Of a stretch of 50,311 bases of DNA, positions 49,035 through 50,311 are shown piece by piece. Location of the stretch: contig JBBIPO010000006.1 in the NCBI GenBank assembly GCA_037442805.1, forward strand, positions 1 to 50,311, read 5' to 3'. A program made the position numbers and the translations under genes. The notes below the pieces were generated by a model, which saw only the letters and a program-made list of their open reading frames with translations, searched no databases and was not told the DNA's origin. The stretch is from Deltaproteobacteria bacterium (GTDB taxonomy: Bacteria > Myxococcota_A > UBA9042 > DTJE01). The stretch's first letter is position 1. Each line of letters opens with the position of its first letter.

Positions 49035-50129
49035 TCAGTCGTCTCGCTCGATGAATCCACCTCCGAGGACCTGGGGACCATCGTAGAAGACCGCGGCCTG
49101 CCCAGGCGCCACGGCGCTCTGAGGCTCCTCGAACATCACGACGACCCGTCCCGGCGACACGAGCGCGATCCGGGCGGGCGCGGCGCGGTGGCGGGAGCGG
49201 ATCTGCACCTGGACGGGGCGGCTGTGCCCCGCGTCGAACTCCCGCGCCAGGGCGATGTCCAGGAAATGCAAGTTCGAGACGTGACAGGTCGCGCGCCGGA
49301 GGTCCGCCGCGCAGCCGAGAACAACCTCGTTGCGTTCCGGGACGATGCGGACCACGTGGCGTCGCGGCCCCCCCCCGAGCCCGAGCCCCTTCCGCTGGCC
49401 CACGGTGAAGGCATGAAACCCCGAATGCGAGCCCAGGTTTCGGCCATCCAGGTCCACGAACTTCCCGCGGCCCGGGAGGCGTTCCGCGGCATGGGATTCG
49501 ATGAAGGATACGTATCCCTCCGGCGGGACGAAACAGACCTCCTGACTCTCGGGCTTGTCGCTGACCGGGAGGCCGTGCTCCCGGGCGATCCGGCGGACCT
49601 CGGGCTTCCGCAAGCCCCCGACGGGAAGGAGCAGTCGGTCGAGGACGTCGCGACCGATCGAGAACAGGAAATAGGACTGGTCCTTGGCCGCGTCCGCGGC
49701 CCGTAGGAGGCGCGCACGCCCATCTGGACCCCGTTCGACTCGGGCGTAGTGCCCGGTCGCGATCCACCTTGCGCCGAGCTCGGCGGCCTGTTGCAACAGC
49801 CAGGGGAACTTGACGCGCTGATTGCAGGCGATGCACGGGGAGGGGGTGCGGCCGGACAGATATTCGGAAATGAAGGGAGCCACCACGTCCTCGTGAAATG
49901 CCTTGGTCGCATCCAAAGTATGATGGGGAATCCCGAGGCGTTCGCACACGGCCTGGGCATCCCGGCGGTCCGCGGTGGTACAGCAGCCATGCGCCCCTTC
50001 CGAGGGACAGCGGTACAGGCGCAGCGACAGGCCGACGACTCGAAATCCGGCCTCGACGAGGAGCACGGCCGCGACCGAGGAATCCACGCCCCCGGACATG
50101 GCGACCACGACCTTGGCCCCACGATCCAT
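49035..50129 (-). CDS. mnmA: tRNA 2-thiouridine(34) synthase
   Basis: A start at ATG 50129 (MDRGAKVVVAMSGGVDSSVAA..) gives a 364-aa protein with the PP-loop SGGVDSS near the N-terminus, as in characterised MnmA. Other blocks: ..C....D..DA..V...LGIP.., ..GRTP.PC..CN..IKF.., ..ATGHYAR.., ..KDQSYFL... The longer track ORF extends into the repeat element. Confidence 0.92.
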   Translation of the reverse strand: MDRGAKVVVAMSGGVDSSVAAVLLVEAGFRVVGLSLRLYRCPSEGAHGCCTTADRRDAQAVCERLGIPHHTLDATKAFHEDVVAPFISEYLSGRTPSPCIACNQRVKFPWLLQQAAELGARWIATGHYARVERGPDGRARLLRAADAAKDQSYFLFSIGRDVLDRLLLPVGGLRKPEVRRIAREHGLPVSDKPESQEVCFVPPEGYVSFIESHAAERLPGRGKFVDLDGRNLGSHSGFHAFTVGQRKGLGLGGGPRRHVVRIVPERNEVVLGCAADLRRATCHVSNLHFLDIALAREFDAGHSRPVQVQIRSRHRAAPARIALVSPGRVVVMFEEPQSAVAPGQAAVFYDGPQVLGGGFIERDD

Positions 50130-50215
50130 GGCCACAACGGTACCTGGCGAAAACGCTGGAGGCAAGGTCGCTGGCTCGGAATGTCGGGCGGACGCCTCGC
50201 GGTCCATGCCGGAAG

Positions 50216-50311
50216 CCGTGACCGTGTCCGTATCGGTGATGGTCACGGAGTCTCTGCCGGACCCCGGACCCCGGATGCCCGACCCCGGACTCCATGACCG
50301 TGACCGTGGCC
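50216..50311 (-). repeat. Copy C of the bipartite intergenic repeat, inverted relative to copy B and truncated by the window end
   Basis: The plus strand reads CCGTGACCGTGTCCGTATCGGTGATGGTCACGGAGTCTCTGCCGGACCCCGGACCCCGGATGCCCGACCCCGGACTCCATGACCGTGACCGTGGCC. Its reverse complement aligns with copy B. A further GTGACC hexamer run starts at the window edge. Confidence 0.8.

Noticed and set aside
50130-50246. Longer mnmA start (MTITDTDTVTASGMDREA...)
   Set aside because: The extension is translated from the hexamer repeat element as a Thr/Asp/Val repeat. A start at 50129 places the SGGVDSS PP-loop at the usual distance from the N-terminus.

Overview
High-GC (about 70%) bacterial chromosomal window. 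The Cys-rich CNGxDDDCDG repeat protein, the FHA-type sigma-54 activator and the many lipoproteins suggest a Myxococcota-like organism; this is inference only. Most long six-frame ORFs are high-GC off-frame or antisense artefacts, and I call about 34 real CDS. In order: (1) bases 3-11111 hold the 3' 11 kb of a giant secreted protein made of about 50 tandem 70-aa Cys/Asp-rich units, with a higher-order duplication of about 4.6 kb. (2) A small outer-membrane beta-barrel gene. (3) A minus-strand sulfur respiration/transport operon: ArsR regulator, Tat-dependent molybdopterin oxidoreductase, 4Fe-4S subunit, NrfD/PsrC membrane subunit, and two YeeE/YedE half-transporters, the second fused to a rhodanese domain that lacks its catalytic Cys. 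(4) Housekeeping genes hutU, a Memo-like amrB, two tRNA-Ser and tadA. (5) An FHA-GAF-AAA+-HTH sigma-54 activator followed by two lipoprotein genes and asd. (6) A consensus sigma-54 promoter driving a compact module of an FN3 surface protein with a CFIATAAYGS-type C-terminus, a dedicated OM beta-barrel, GT2 and GT4. (7) A beta-propeller protein, an HD-GYP protein and a very Cys-rich lipoprotein. (8) A minus-strand four-gene secreted operon: lipoprotein, thiol-enzyme-like protein with a proprotein-convertase P-domain, lipoprotein, and an HKD phospholipase D. (9) thiD, an orphan BcrA/HgdC-type activase and mnmA. Non-coding highlights are three copies of a bipartite microsatellite-like, G-quadruplex-prone element (two inverted copies bracket mnmA), a perfect 12-bp palindrome ahead of the secreted operon, and a cluster of GC hairpins downstream of the sulfur operon. 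No CRISPR array, transposase or prophage genes were seen.
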